Below, piece after piece: positions 9,886 to 22,006 of a stretch of 58,395 bases of DNA (within the stretch, counting starts at the first letter, position 1; every line of letters starts with the position of its first letter). A model generated the notes under the pieces. That model worked only from the letters and a program-made list of their open reading frames with translations. It did no database searches and was not told where the DNA came from. The stretch is from Raillietiella orientalis (lineage: Eukaryota), in assembly GCA_036172245.1 (NCBI GenBank), contig JAYWIR010000155.1, forward strand, positions 1 through 58,395, read 5' to 3'. The translations under genes were made by a program, and so were the position numbers.

Positions 9886-11479
9886 AGATTCCAGTTTCTG
9901 AACACCCCTAGCAAACAACGGTTAAGAGCACTCTTAACGACTCTGGCGTCGGCGAAGGCTGTCAGACGGTACAGGCGAGAAGAAAGCCCTAGAGTACCGA
10001 ACGAAGCAAAAGGAAAAAGAAAACGCAGCGCAAAAAACCGTGCCGCGAAAAACTTCGCGCTTGTACGGTAAAAATAGAGCGTGTGGAGTCACTCGCTGTC
10101 GCCACCGGGGGAGCAATCTCCACCCTCGAGTCCGCCGAAGCGGCGACGGACGATGGCGAACCATCTGGAAGGAAAGAGGAGGAACTGAGCGCCTCGCTCG
10201 ACGCGATCGAGGAAGCCGCCTTCCAGCAGGCGGTGGAAGAACTCGAGGCAGAACTGCAAGGCCTTGAGAAGGACACTCGGAAAGGCTTACGAAGGCCGGC
10301 CGCGAGGAAGGCTCCGGAGGTAGGTGAGGCCGATCCGGACGGCGAAAGTGCGTCCTCTTCAGCGAAGGCGCCACCAAAGGAGACGGGACGTAAGTCTCAG
10401 AATCCCAGGAGGCGCATCCGGATCAATAAGGAGGCGGATGGATCCGCCCCCGAAGGGGAAGCCGGCAGCGTGGGAGGCGAGTTTGGGAAGCTCTCATTTC
10501 TAGACACCGTGCAGCTGGCGACCCCCATGGATGAGGAATTACAGGTGGGTGAAACCCCCCTTCCTCTGCACGGCCCTGACGAAGACTCGGCCTCAATGGA
10601 GGAGGGAGTAGCGGAGCGCGACGCACCCCCTCCTCCCAGCGTCCCACCCGACAAGGTGGCAGGTGCTTTATTGCCTCTTTCCCAGGATTAACACCTGGGC
10701 TTGCCTGTCGTTGTACGATCCGCGTAGCCTGCTGGAACGTCAACATGCTGCGCGACGACGGTAACAGGCGGGATACGGCCGACACCCTGCGCGACTTTGA
10801 ACTGGCGCTCCTGCAGGAGATCCAAGTGTTCTCCGCGGAGAACGTCCAGGAGATCGAGAGGATCGCAGGAGGTCGTCTGTTTTTGCAATGCGGCGCTCGC
10901 AACACCTGTTGCGTCGCCTTCATCATGAAACCAGCAGTCGTTTCCTTCGAAAAGGACGTACGCTTCGACAACGACAGTCGGGTTGACCAGCTCATCCTTA
11001 GGTGATCCGACTCGATCGACGTTGTCGTGACCAATGTGTACGCTCCGAGCGGAGGTTGCGGGTACAAGGAAGGTTCCCGGTTCCTTGAATCCCTGAAGCG
11101 CGACTGGCTGACGGATACAAACGTGCGCAAATTGCATCTGATCAGTGGCGATTTCAACATTTGCCTGGTCTCAGGTGTGCCATTCGGGAAAAAAGACGCA
11201 GTTAACGAGCTGTGCGCTGCTATGCACACGCGCGACTGGTTGGGGGACCTACCGTAAATGGTCCAAAGCGTGCACCACGTCTTCCTTGACTCCAACCTGT
11301 GCCCACGAGTCGGCAGACGAGGGAAACTTTCGTCGACGTTATCGGACGATTTCCGGTTGATATTCAAGGTTATGCCTCGCGACAAAGGACCACCATCCAG
11401 GGCGTGGCGTCTGCCCGGCGACTGGACGCGCATCTCAGGTGCGGCGAAACATCTACTCCAAGTACTAAGAGGCGTGATC

Positions 11480-11493
11480 CTCCGGAATCTCCA
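11480..11493 (+). repeat. Target-site duplication of A2 (left copy; right copy at 17027-17040)
   Basis: Exact 14-bp direct repeat CTCCGGAATCTCCA. Confidence 0.95.
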
Positions 11494-11706
11494 TTGAAAC
11501 CCGGGTGCGCCGGGACGTTCATTCTCACGAATAAACTTATACAATCTGTGACTGGACCAGTAGTCCAGCCACGCCCTGGAAAGATATAGCCTGCCGGGCT
11601 ACCGGTGCGCAGACCGGCGCGGTCGACCTCGGCAGCAGAGGGGAGGGGGAACGAAACAAAAAGAAAACAAATAAGAAACAAAAATCAGGGAGGGAGCGAA
11701 AAGATA

Positions 11707-14700
11707 TCACAGTCTGCTGGGAGGGTTCGTCATCCTCTGGAGGATGCCGGCAAGCTGTTTCTGCTTGTGTGGTTCCAGATCGAGCCATAGCGTCGCCATC
11801 CTGAGGAAACGGGCGGCATACACGTTGGCATCCCTGTCGCTAAATCCTCCCGTCGCTTGCTCTATGCCACGAAGATCCCGCGTAGGCAGCACAGGGCTGC
11901 AAGCGAGACCGCTGGAGGCAGGGCGTCACGGACGAAGTGGGGGCGCAAAGCGTCTCTAAGGTTGCCTCCGGGGATCCCCAGGGCTGCGGCAAAGCCTTCC
12001 CACAAGGGACGGAGGGCAACATAATCCACTAACAGGTGGGGGAGGTATTCCCTCTCCCAGCACCTGACACAATTAGGGTTGACACCCCCCCGCGTCCAGT
12101 GGTGTCGGCGGGCGTTGCAAGGAAGCCCCCAATGCAACAATATCAGTGCCGACTGTTGCCACTTCATAGGGAGGGTGCGCGAGTCCATGAGCACCGGAGG
12201 CCACTCGAGATGTTCCTCTGGAACATCCAGTAACTCTCCCCAACGGAACAGTCCATTTGGGGTGGTCGTCGGGATCGCAGCGTTGGTGAGCTGACCCGTT
12301 CTCCAATCTCCGATCTTCTTTGCCCTCTTGGCGATCTTCACAGTTACCTCCCATTGTGCCGCGACGTCGCTGCCCAGATGTTCCCGTAGGGTAGGCAGTA
12401 CCGCAGCAAGGGAGGTTCTTTGTGCCCACGCTCTCCTTCGGGGATTCTCGATGATTCCTCGGAGCGTGCGGCCGTCATGCGGCCCGAACAGAGCTATTCG
12501 CTCGTGTTGCGTGCTCTGCTCCTGAATCATCGCCCACGTGCGGACGGTTTCCTGCAACCAGGCAGGACCGTCCGCGGGGCGTACAAGGATCCGCGCCGAG
12601 TTGTTCTTCACGAGCTTGGCCGCCCTCCGAAGTTGAAGTCCGCAGTGGCAGATGGGGCTTCGGAGTGCAAAGTAGGACGAGAGTCCCGCATTGCCGGTGG
12701 CCCGCTCGACGAGGAGACATGCAGGGAGGCACCAAGGGGTGCACCAATTTCCTGCCATAAAGGCAACAACTCGGAACTGGAGCTGTAGCTCCAGTCGCTC
12801 CAACGTCAGGAGGCCCAGACCACCATCCCGACGAGGAGCGCACAAGTCCGAAAGACGGACTCGGGGCCTCCCTCTGCCCCAAAGGGCGATCCTCAGGAGG
12901 TCCTTCGTCCTCTTCTTTGACTCCGCTGAGGGGGAGCAAACAAAAAGCAAGGGGCGCAGGAGGGGGGCCGCAAACGCGTTCCAGGCCGCGGCCCGTTCCT
13001 GCAGGTAGAACCTGCCGTCCTGGAACGGGCCGATCGCCGCCTGAGCCTTCTGAAGGCAGCCGGACCACGCTTCCTCAGGGCAGTAATCCCCCAACGGCAC
13101 ACCAAGGTACTTGAAGTACCTCACCGTGGGGATCCCCAAACGGACCAGTCCTGCTGCCCTGCCCACGTCGCTACGACTGGCATTACGGACGACTTCGCCC
13201 TGTTCACCGTCAGTCCTGTTCCACGACTCAGCAGGTCTAAGAAGTCCTCGACCGCCGAGGCCGGGGTGGACATAGGCAGCAGCAGCAAAAGATCGTCCGC
13301 GTATGCCGAAACCGCAGGCGTACCGGGGCAATCGCACGTCAGGTGCGCAAGAGTCTCCCTGTACGCTCTCAGCACCAATTCGAAAAAGGCGCTAAAGAGC
13401 AGGGGGCTCAGGCTGTCTCCCTGCCGTATGCCGCGTCGCACCGGTACTCCGTGCACCGTTTGCCCGCTGAAAAGAACATTAATGAGCGCGTCGCGCCAGC
13501 TGGATCGCAGGTAGGCCAACAAAGAGGCCGGGAAGCCCAAGCGTTCCAGAAGCTCCAGCAGGAGATTCTGGTCGACGCTGTCGAATGCTTTACGCAAGTC
13601 GACAGCGACCGCAAGTGCTCGCTTCCCCACCCGACCGTTCCGTCTCCCGCCAACGGACGCACTGGAATTCCGGCTGCTCAATAAGCCCCTTCCTTGTTGG
13701 AGCTCTAACCATGTGGAAGCGTGGAACAGGTTCGCCTCCATACTTTGCCCGGGAACAGCATATGTCTGTTCCGAGCTGATGAAGATGTTGGCGACCCGTC
13801 CCAGACGCTCTGCCCACATCCTGGCTAGCAACTTGGCGTCCGCATTCACTATTGTGATGGGACGCCAGTTGTTCATGCTCCTAAGGTCTCCTCCCTTAGG
13901 GAGGAGCCGCACCTTTGCTGAACGAAACGAGGTGGGAACGTCACCTGTTTCGCGGATCAGCAAGGTGAGCTGATGTACCAGGGGAGTAAGCTCTGCCGCG
14001 AAAGTTTGATAAAATTCCGCAGGCAGGCCGTCCTCCCCTGGAGCCTTTCGCCTCTTGAGCTTTCCGATGTCCGAGATGATCTCGCCCATCGTGAAAGGCT
14101 CGTCGAGGTTCCTTTTCTCCTCCTCCCCGATTGCTGGAGCACCTTCCGGAAGCAGAAGTCGTGAGACAGCCTGCTCCGGAGGCGCCCTGGCGTACAGGGC
14201 GGAGTAAAATTTCCTCACTATCCCGCGTTTCTGAGCGGGAACCGAGTGCTCCCGGCCCTGGTCGTCCAGCAAGCTGGCCGAACCGGATTGCCAGGCTTGC
14301 CTCTGGGCTCCCGCTCGATACTCTGCTAACCTGCGCATGTCGGAAGTTCTCGCGTAACGTCGGGCCTGAAGATAGCGCCTTTCGTTACGCGGCCCCTCCC
14401 CAAATCCCGCAGGTAGGCGATGCAGAGGGAACTGGTCGCAGAACTCCTAGACCGACCGCTTGAAGAGGTCCCAGTCCTGAAGTGTCTGCATCCTGAAGCT
14501 CCGAATAAACGCGCGGAGGTGCTCCGCCGCGTCGGTGAACTTCAGCCAGTCCCCTGGCAGACGCCACGCTGACGAGGGGGGGCCCTTGTTGCGCGGACGC
14601 ACTTCGAACATAATCCGACCATGGTCCGACAGCTCGGATGGTTCCTTGCCGCGCCTGCCCACCCTAGAGCATAGTTGCTGATCAAGGTACACGTGATCGA

Positions 14701-15283
14701 TGCTTTCCATGGCCGTGTCCCCGGCCAACAAGTTGCGCGTGTTCATTTCTGCGCACAACTCGTTGACGCGGTCGTTCAGTGTATCCGGCGCACCTGAAAG
14801 CAGGCGCAGATTGAAATCACCTGCGATCGGGTGCGCTTTGCGAACTCCTGCATCGGTCAGCCAATCGCGTCTCAGGGCAAGGTAGAATTCCCTTCTTGCC
14901 TTCGCCTTCAACGCCTTATTTTTGCTAGGAGCGTATAGGTTGGTGACTACCAGGTCGATAGAGTCGGACCAGCTGAGAGTCAGCTGACCGACGCGACCTG
15001 CGTCATCGAACCGAACGTCCTTTATTGCGGCGTCGATGGCTGGCCGAAGCAGGAAGGCGAAACCGCTTGATTTCGCGGTGCCGCAACGCCACAACAGCCG
15101 CCCACCCAAGATACGTTCGATCTTCTGGGCTTGATCTGCGGAGATCACGTGGATCTCCTGCAGCAGCACCAGGTCGAAGGATGCCAGGGTGGCGGCCACG
15201 ACACGCCTCTTGCTGTCGTCGCTTAGCCCGTTCACGTTCCAACAGGCGATCAGAAGACGACGCCGAGAGGCGATTCCCGGCAT
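11707..15283 (-). pseudogene. A2 ORF2 (APE-RT-zinc finger) with a stop and frameshifts
   Basis: ORFs 14447-15283 (APE), 13121-14338 (RT, YADD), 11862-13337 and 11707-11892. Confidence 0.92.
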
Positions 15284-16941
15284 TATGGCTGGGAAAGTGG
15301 CGTCGCGGCACCTGCCGCGGGGCAGGTGTAGGAAAGGTCCATCGGTACGAGGACCATCGGAACGAGGACGGAGGCCTCTTCAGGCGCCTGGGGTACCTGT
15401 TCGGCCTCCATCCTCACCATCTCCTACGTGTACGAGCGTGGAATTCTCTCGGGCGACGGGTCCCGGGAGTTTCCCACGCTCATGGCACCCTCGCTACCGG
15501 AAGCCATCTCTTCCCCTTCGTCGGGGGAGACGATCTTCCGGGGCATTGTGGACTTTCGTCCTGCCTTTTTGCGGGGTGCCGCGGAGATGGATGCTGTGTT
15601 TCCGGCCTTCAGCTCGGGGTCGGAAGTGGCCGACTCCTGAGGGGAAGCCGTACGCCTGACGGCCTTCTTGCCAGCCTTGGGGGCAACCGGCTGCAACGAG
15701 GCAGCCAGCTCCTCCGCGGCGCGCTCGAAGGCGACGTCATCGAGCGTGGGCTCGATGACGGACGCCGCCGCCTCGCTCCCCTCCTTGTTGACTTTGTCAA
15801 CGGAGGGTTGATCAGGGGCAGCAGCGAGTTCTTCAGCGCCGCATTCGTCGATGGCGGGAATCCGCTCTACAACGACGCAGCAGCTTTTAATTTTATCGCG
15901 GCGCAGAGCGGTTTCACTCTGTTTCGCCACGTTGTTTACCTTCTTATGGGAGTTTTTCTTGGGGTCGACCTTCTGCCACCCTGGCTCTTGACCCTCGCCC
16001 TCGACCTTTTCGGCGTTTTTCGCCGAAGTCTCGGGTCTGGCCTTCGCCTTGGTGGCGGAGGTGATCTTTTTAGCAGCAGCACGAGCTGGCAGCTCCTTTC
16101 TCTTTTTTGCCGCGCGCTTTCTCGCGTTTTTCGCGGACACGACGCGGACTGTGTTTTGGGGGCACACCAGACTGGTGTGCCTGGCTTGTTTGCATTGCTG
16201 GCACTGCACGCTCGGACACCTCATTTTAAGGTGACCAAAGCTGCTGCAGCAGGCGCAAACCTTGGGTTTCCCCACGTACCACACGTCAACGGATTCACCG
16301 TTGACGGTGAGTTTGTGGGGAATCTCACATCCCTCGCGAACCGTCACTCGCGCTGCACGCGGGCCGCCAAGCAACCCATCGTAATCGACAAAAGGAGTAG
16401 GCTTTCCCCACAGCGCGTGGACAGTTGGGAATTTTTCCAATTCGTTCCGGACGGCCTCCTCCGTCATCCGGAACGTGATGCCGGTCAGGTGAATGATCAC
16501 CGATCGGTCTTCAGTTATTGGGAGAAGCCTCCGGCTGCCCATACATGCAAGGGTTCGCAGAAGTCTCTGCGCAAGAGGTGCCTCCTTGCAGATAACTTCA
16601 ACAAATTGACCCTTGCTTCTGACGGACATAGCCAGAAGCTCCTCTTTCTGTACGCCGAGAACGAGCATCGCCTGTGAGAAGGCGCGCGCGTTCTTGGGAG
16701 AATATAGACCGCCTACCTTATATAGAAGGGGTGGGTTATGCCCCTCCTCCAGGTAAGCGCGCATTCTCGATATAGCTGCTGGCGTAGGTGCCGCAGCCAC
16801 GGCGTTCCAAGCCCTGGGTAGGGCCGGGGGCGCATCCGTGCTGGCGGGAGCCTCCACTGATGCAAGAGCCCCCATCTCCATCTGCTCCGGGGGCAATGAG
16901 GTCATCGCCTTCGGATCCTCACCGGTGGTGGTATCAGGCAT
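15283..16941 (-). pseudogene. A2 ORF1, zinc-knuckle protein (505 aa open, then premature stop)
   Basis: ORF 15424-16941 contains CACCSSFGHLKMRC and CQQCKQARHTSLVC. TAATG stop-start at 15285-15281. Confidence 0.88.
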
Positions 16942-19900
16942 TTCTGCCTAATCCTCCACCCACACCACGCACAAGCACCAACGGAAATGGAACTCAGGAG
17001 CAACGAAAAGACACGTCCGCTGGACGCTCCGGAATCTCCAGGACTGGGACCCCATAAAGGCCTCGGTCCGCGAGTTCTGCGAGGAGTTCTCTGTGCACCG
17101 CCTTCCCCGGGGATTTAGTGAGGAAACATGCAACGAAGGAACGTATTTGCACTACCATCGTTTCGCGAGGACCCCTGACATCGGTCGCTTGCCGAGTACA
17201 ATGCCTGGGCCAAGCGTCAGGACTGGCAAAACCGGGCCGTCTTGCGTGCTGGACGACCTGGACCAGGAATACTCGGACCCGGCATCTATACGTCGCCTGG
17301 TGCGTGGATTTTACTCCTCTTTACGCCAGGGTACCTGCTGAGTGGGACGTCTCGCGGCGCTTGCTTCCAGATGGAGCCCCGGCCATAGGGCAGGAAAAGA
17401 AAGAAAGCCTTGACGATCCTGTTACGACCGATGAAATCATCACCGCTATTAAAAGGCTCAAGAAACGTAAGGCGTCAAGAAAGGATGGCCTGCCGGCGGA
17501 GTTCTTGGAGTGCTTCTTTGCAGACATGACCCTCCTGGTGCTCCAATTGACACAACTGATCCGAAACGAAGGCGATGTTCCCGCTTCGTTTCGGTTAGCC
17601 AGGGTGAGGCTCCTTCCTAAAGGAGGAGACCTTAGCAAATTATGCAACTGGCGTCCGATCACGATTGTGAACACGGACTCCAAGCTGCTGGCTTAACTGT
17701 GAGCTGCGCGTCTGGGGCGGGTAGCCGACAGCTTCGTCAGCCTGGAACAGACGTACGCTGTCCTCGGGCGAAGCATGGAAGTGAACCTGTTCTTTGCCAG
17801 CACATGGTTCCATGTGCAACGCGAGAAAAATCTAGAAAAAAAACGGAATTTCGACAAAGATGATTGGAGGGCGCCAGCGAAGCAAGTAAGGAACGACTAA
17901 GAAAAGAAGAGGGCTCTAGCGATCGCATTCGATCTGCACAAAGCGTTCGATTGCGTGGACCAGAAACTTTTTCAGGAGCTTCTAAATCGCATGGGCTTCC
18001 CGGACACCTTAACGGCCTACCTGCGCGCCTGCTGGCGCAATGCGAAAATCAACTTGTTTTTTAGAGGACAGCACGTGTTAGGCGTGCCGGTGAGGCGCGG
18101 CTCCTGGCAGGGCGACAGCCTTAGTCCACTGCTCTGTAGCACCTATTTCAAACTGGTGCTCAGAGCATACAGGGTGACATTGGCTGGCCTGCCAAGCTCG
18201 TGTCCAGGGACGCCGGCCGTGTCGGCGTATGTTGACGAACTTTTGCTCCTGCTGCCCATGTCAGCCCCGGCTTCGGCAGTCGAAGATTTCTTCGACTTGC
18301 TGAGCCGTAAGACAGGATTACGGGTGAGCAGAACCATGTCATCGCTGGTTGCGGTTGGTGCAAAGTGGGCAGGACGACCTGATTGAATTTGCCTGGGGAT
18401 CCCCACGGAGAGGTACTGGAAGAACCTCGACGTTCAGTTAGGGGACTTCTACCAGTCAGAAGCCTGGTCAAGTCGTCTCCGAAAATTGTAGTCAGCGATC
18501 GGCCCGTTTCTGCAAGGCAAGCTTCACTTGCTGGAACGGGCTGCGGTGTAAAACGCGTTCGCAGCCTCTTTCCTTCACCCTCTGCTTTTTGTTTGCCCCG
18601 CATCCCGTGAACTGAAAAAAAGAACAAAGGACCTTGTACGCAACGCCCTGTGGGGCGGCCGGAGGCCTCGTTTGCCTTTAAAGGATTTGAGCTCTTTACA
18701 TCGGGACGGAGGTCTGAGCGTCCTCACGATGAAGCGAATGGAAACACAACTGCGGTGGCGTACTCTAGCCATCGCAGCGAAAATGTGGAAAACGTCTTGG
18801 TGCGTGCAAGCTTGCTCGTTCGCTAGACCTGTGTCCGAGACTGAAGGACTTGCGTCTTTTCTTCTGTGCAGCAGCCGTAAAATAAGAAGATGCGAACTTC
18901 TCCTGGGACGCATGGTCACCCTGGCGAAGGAGAACGGGTAAATGGCCTGCAGCCCCGCCAACTCCAGCGCATGGCTAGAAGAAACAGTTGGAACGTGGGC
19001 AAAGTTAAAAGACATCAGTAAAGAATCCTGCAACCGCCTGCGCACAGGCATCTACACCCGCTGTATGCTGCGAAACATGATGGTGTGTCCCGCCAGAAGA
19101 ACTTTGGCGGAAAAAACTCCACTGGCCACGGCGCTGCCCTTCCTACGAAGGGCGCTTCAAAACAGCCGGAAGCCGAGATGGCAAGATTCCTTCCAGATAG
19201 CGGGCAAGGAGAAGGATCTAAGCGGGTGGACAATGAGGTGACTGGCAGACGCCACAACCTCAAGCGTTCATCCGCATGAAATACGGAGATGGGGTGAGCT
19301 GCTTGGCATCCCGGCGGATGACCCAGTGTAGCCCCTGTTATTTGGAGACGCATCCACTCTCCTCCTCAAGTGGCAGAAAACGGCGCTGTTGTTGGTGCAC
19401 TGAGGTCTTCCTTGCAGCGCGCGCCGCCATCCCTCCCCCATCTGTTAGCGGACTGCGCTGCCCTCCGGCTTTTTTGGGAACGTTATGCTACGACCCTCTC
19501 TATGCCGGACGGCAGTACCCCTAGAGACGCTGTGAGACTCCTCTTCGTGCGAGACGCCCTGTCACCAGACTCAACACTGACAGCGCTCTGTTGCCTCCAA
19601 TTTATTGTGGCCGCCTGGTGCGGAGCCAACAGAGGAAGCAGCGACAGGGACCCCATCGTACACGCGCGTCGCTACCTGCGAATCGCAATTTGCTTGTCCC
19701 ATCTGGGAGCTATGACGAGGGAACTCGAGGGTTTCCTGGAAAGGATAGTCTCTTCCTCTAGCTGGTTGTGATCCCTTCCCGGCTCATCAAATAGTTTCTT
19801 TTTGTTATTTGATTTATTTTTTTTTTGTTTTACCCCCTATCCCGTCCGCTGCCGAGAAGGACAAGCTGTACGCAGAACCGGCTTCCTGGCAGGTCCCATA

Positions 19901-19977
19901 GAATTATGGCCGTAGCGGGACCTGATACCGTAATGTAAAGTGTTTTTTAATAAACGCCCCGGTGTGACCAGGTGAAG

Positions 19978-20700
19978 GCTCCCCAGGTCCACTGTTGTCG
20001 ACAGGCGTTGCAGGGGAGTCCCCAGTAATGCAACAGGAATGCCGACTCTTGCCATTTTAAGGAGAGGTTGGAAGTGTTCATAAGAACCAGGGGTCACTTC
20101 AGATATTGTATCGGAACATCGAGCAGCGCTCCCTAGCGATGAAGTCCCTTGGAAGGCGTACTCGGGGTCGCAGCATCAGTTAGCTGGCCCGTCTTCCACT
20201 CTCTCTGCTTCTTCTCCTTTCCGGAGATTTTTATTCTGACCGCCCACTTCGCCGCAAAATCGCTGTCCTGATGTTCCACTAGGGAGTCCAGCGCAGCAGC
20301 GAGGAGGGTTCTTCCTGACCACGCTCTCTTCTTATGATCCTCCAGGATCTCACGGAGCGTGCAACTTCTGTAACACCCAAACAGGAACCTTCGTTCCTGT
20401 TGGGAGGGTTGCATGCCAAACTGTCCCCACGTGCGAACGGTTTCCTGCAACCAGGCACTACCGTTCGCGGGGAGACAGGTGATCCATCCTTGATTCTTTC
20501 TTGCCAGCGCAGCCACCCTCGGTAGCTGAAGCCCACATCGGTTGATGCGGCTTCGATGAAGTGCAAGAAACGACGGAAGTCCCGTGTTGCCGGTGGCTTG
20601 CTGAAGGAGGAGACGTGCATGGACTCACCAACAGGTGTACCACAACTCCGGCACAAATGCCAAAATCCGGAACTGGAGCCGCAGCTCCTGCCGCTGCAAT
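19978..20700 (-). mobile_element. A1-type ORF2 fragment (post-RT region)
   Basis: ORF 20133-20516 is nearly identical in translation to A1 4740-5115. Confidence 0.88.
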
Positions 20701-21800
20701 GTTAATAGGCCGGTCTTTCTCCTCTGCGAATGGACCTTAAATTACTTTTCTGGCCGCAAAATGTTGCCAGCCCTGTTCCTTTTCCATTACTGCGGAAGGT
20801 TTAGCTTTTGGGGTTTTGCTTCCGGAGGTTGAGGTGCTCGCAGCTTCTGCCGGCCACCTTCCGCCCTAGGTCTTGCGACCTTCAAGTCACGTTTCCCCTG
20901 CGCTTCCTTGGCGGCAGGGGAAACCGCAGTGGGGCGCTTGCGGCACACAAGCCGAATGTGGCTTTTCTTCCAGCACAGGTGGCACTGTATGTTAAGACAC
21001 CTCTTACGGAGGTGTCTTACGGCATCACAGTAGCCGCAATATCATGGTTTTCCCACGTACCAGAGATCCACGCTCTCCAGCGGGACCTTTAGTTTGTGGG
21101 GAAGTTCACAATTCTCTTTTGCGGTGACCCACGCTGCAGCCTGACAACGAAAAATGCTATTGTAGCCGTCGAAAATAATGCATTTGAGCCACAGTGCGTG
21201 CACCTCGCCGAACTTTCGGAGTTCTTCTCCGACCGCAGAGCGAGTCATGCGGCTGCTAATGCCGGTCATGTGGACCACCACGGAGAGATCCATTGAAACC
21301 GGCAAGATCTTTCGACCGTCAACGTTTAGCGGAGCATGGATCAGGCGGTGGGCCAAGATGACGTCTTTGCACACCATCTCGACCCACTGCTCGTCGCTGA
21401 GGACGGAGAGTCCGTCAAGATACTTTCCCAGTATGTTCGTTTTTTGCAGTGTGCTGCTAAAGGCGCGTTCAGTCCGGCCTTAAACAAGTTGCCTACCTGG
21501 TAGACGAGCGATAACTTGTACACGGATGCTTTGTATGCGGCCATCTCCGCCATGGCTTCCTCGCTGGGCGCTGTCACCAAGGCGCTCCATGTCCTCTACG
21601 TGGCCAGGGATGACTCCGAGGCGGATGCCCCTAATGCTGCAGGCTGCAAGGGTGGCCATGCCTCCCTCACGCCTACTTTCATCGCGGTGTCTTCGAGCTT
21701 CGTAGCCATCGGAGACCGACGATGCACACAGAACAACATACACAAGAAAAAACTCTTTGCTACGACTCTTTTGGAAATGAAGGAAAAACACGTCATTCCC
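20701..21800 (-). mobile_element. B-type copy: 5' UTR and ORF1 N-terminal half with knuckles, degenerate
   Basis: GACGTG at 21794-21789. ORFs 21341-21580 and 21042-21377 (DLWYVGKP). Confidence 0.85.
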
Positions 21801-22006
21801 ACCTTCCTTGAGGGGGCTGGCTGCAAAGAGGCAGCCAGCTCCTTCGCCGCTCGCGCGAAGGCTTTGTCATCGATGGTGAGGTCGATGACGAACGCCGCAG
21901 CCGGCTCCCTCCCCTCGCTGTTGACAGAGTCAACAGAGGGGTTGTCGTTCGTAGCGGCAAGTTCTTTCTTGCAGCAGTCAGGAATACGCTCCACGATAAC
22001 GCTGCA
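21801..22006 (-). mobile_element. A-type ORF1 remnant between two insertions
   Basis: CSVIVERIPDCCKKELAA...AFARAAKELAASLQPAP matches A1 1485-1690. Confidence 0.8.

Larger units (their letters stand above)
11494..17026 (-). mobile_element. Full-length copy A2 (~5.5 kb) with 14-bp TSD
   Basis: 5' GGACGTG at 17018-17012 and 3' hairpin at 11523-11494. Flanked by CTCCGGAATCTCCA at 11480-11493 and 17027-17040. Confidence 0.95.
9890..19977 (+). mobile_element. Copy B3 (5'-truncated), split by insertion of A2 (own sequence 9890-11493 and 17027-19977)
   Basis: ORF1 tail at 10083-10691 and APE at 10691-11493. The ORF2 frame resumes at LRNLQDWD (17027), continues through RT (HKAFD, YVDE) and ends in a 3' hairpin terminus at 19949-19977. 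Confidence 0.88.

Noticed and set aside
15025..16677. 550-aa plus-strand ORF, and similar long antisense ORFs such as 10423-11544, 21516-22478 and 53546-54334
   Set aside because: These are shadow frames of GC-rich ORF1/ORF2 sequence. They have no recognisable motifs and are not preserved across homologous copies.
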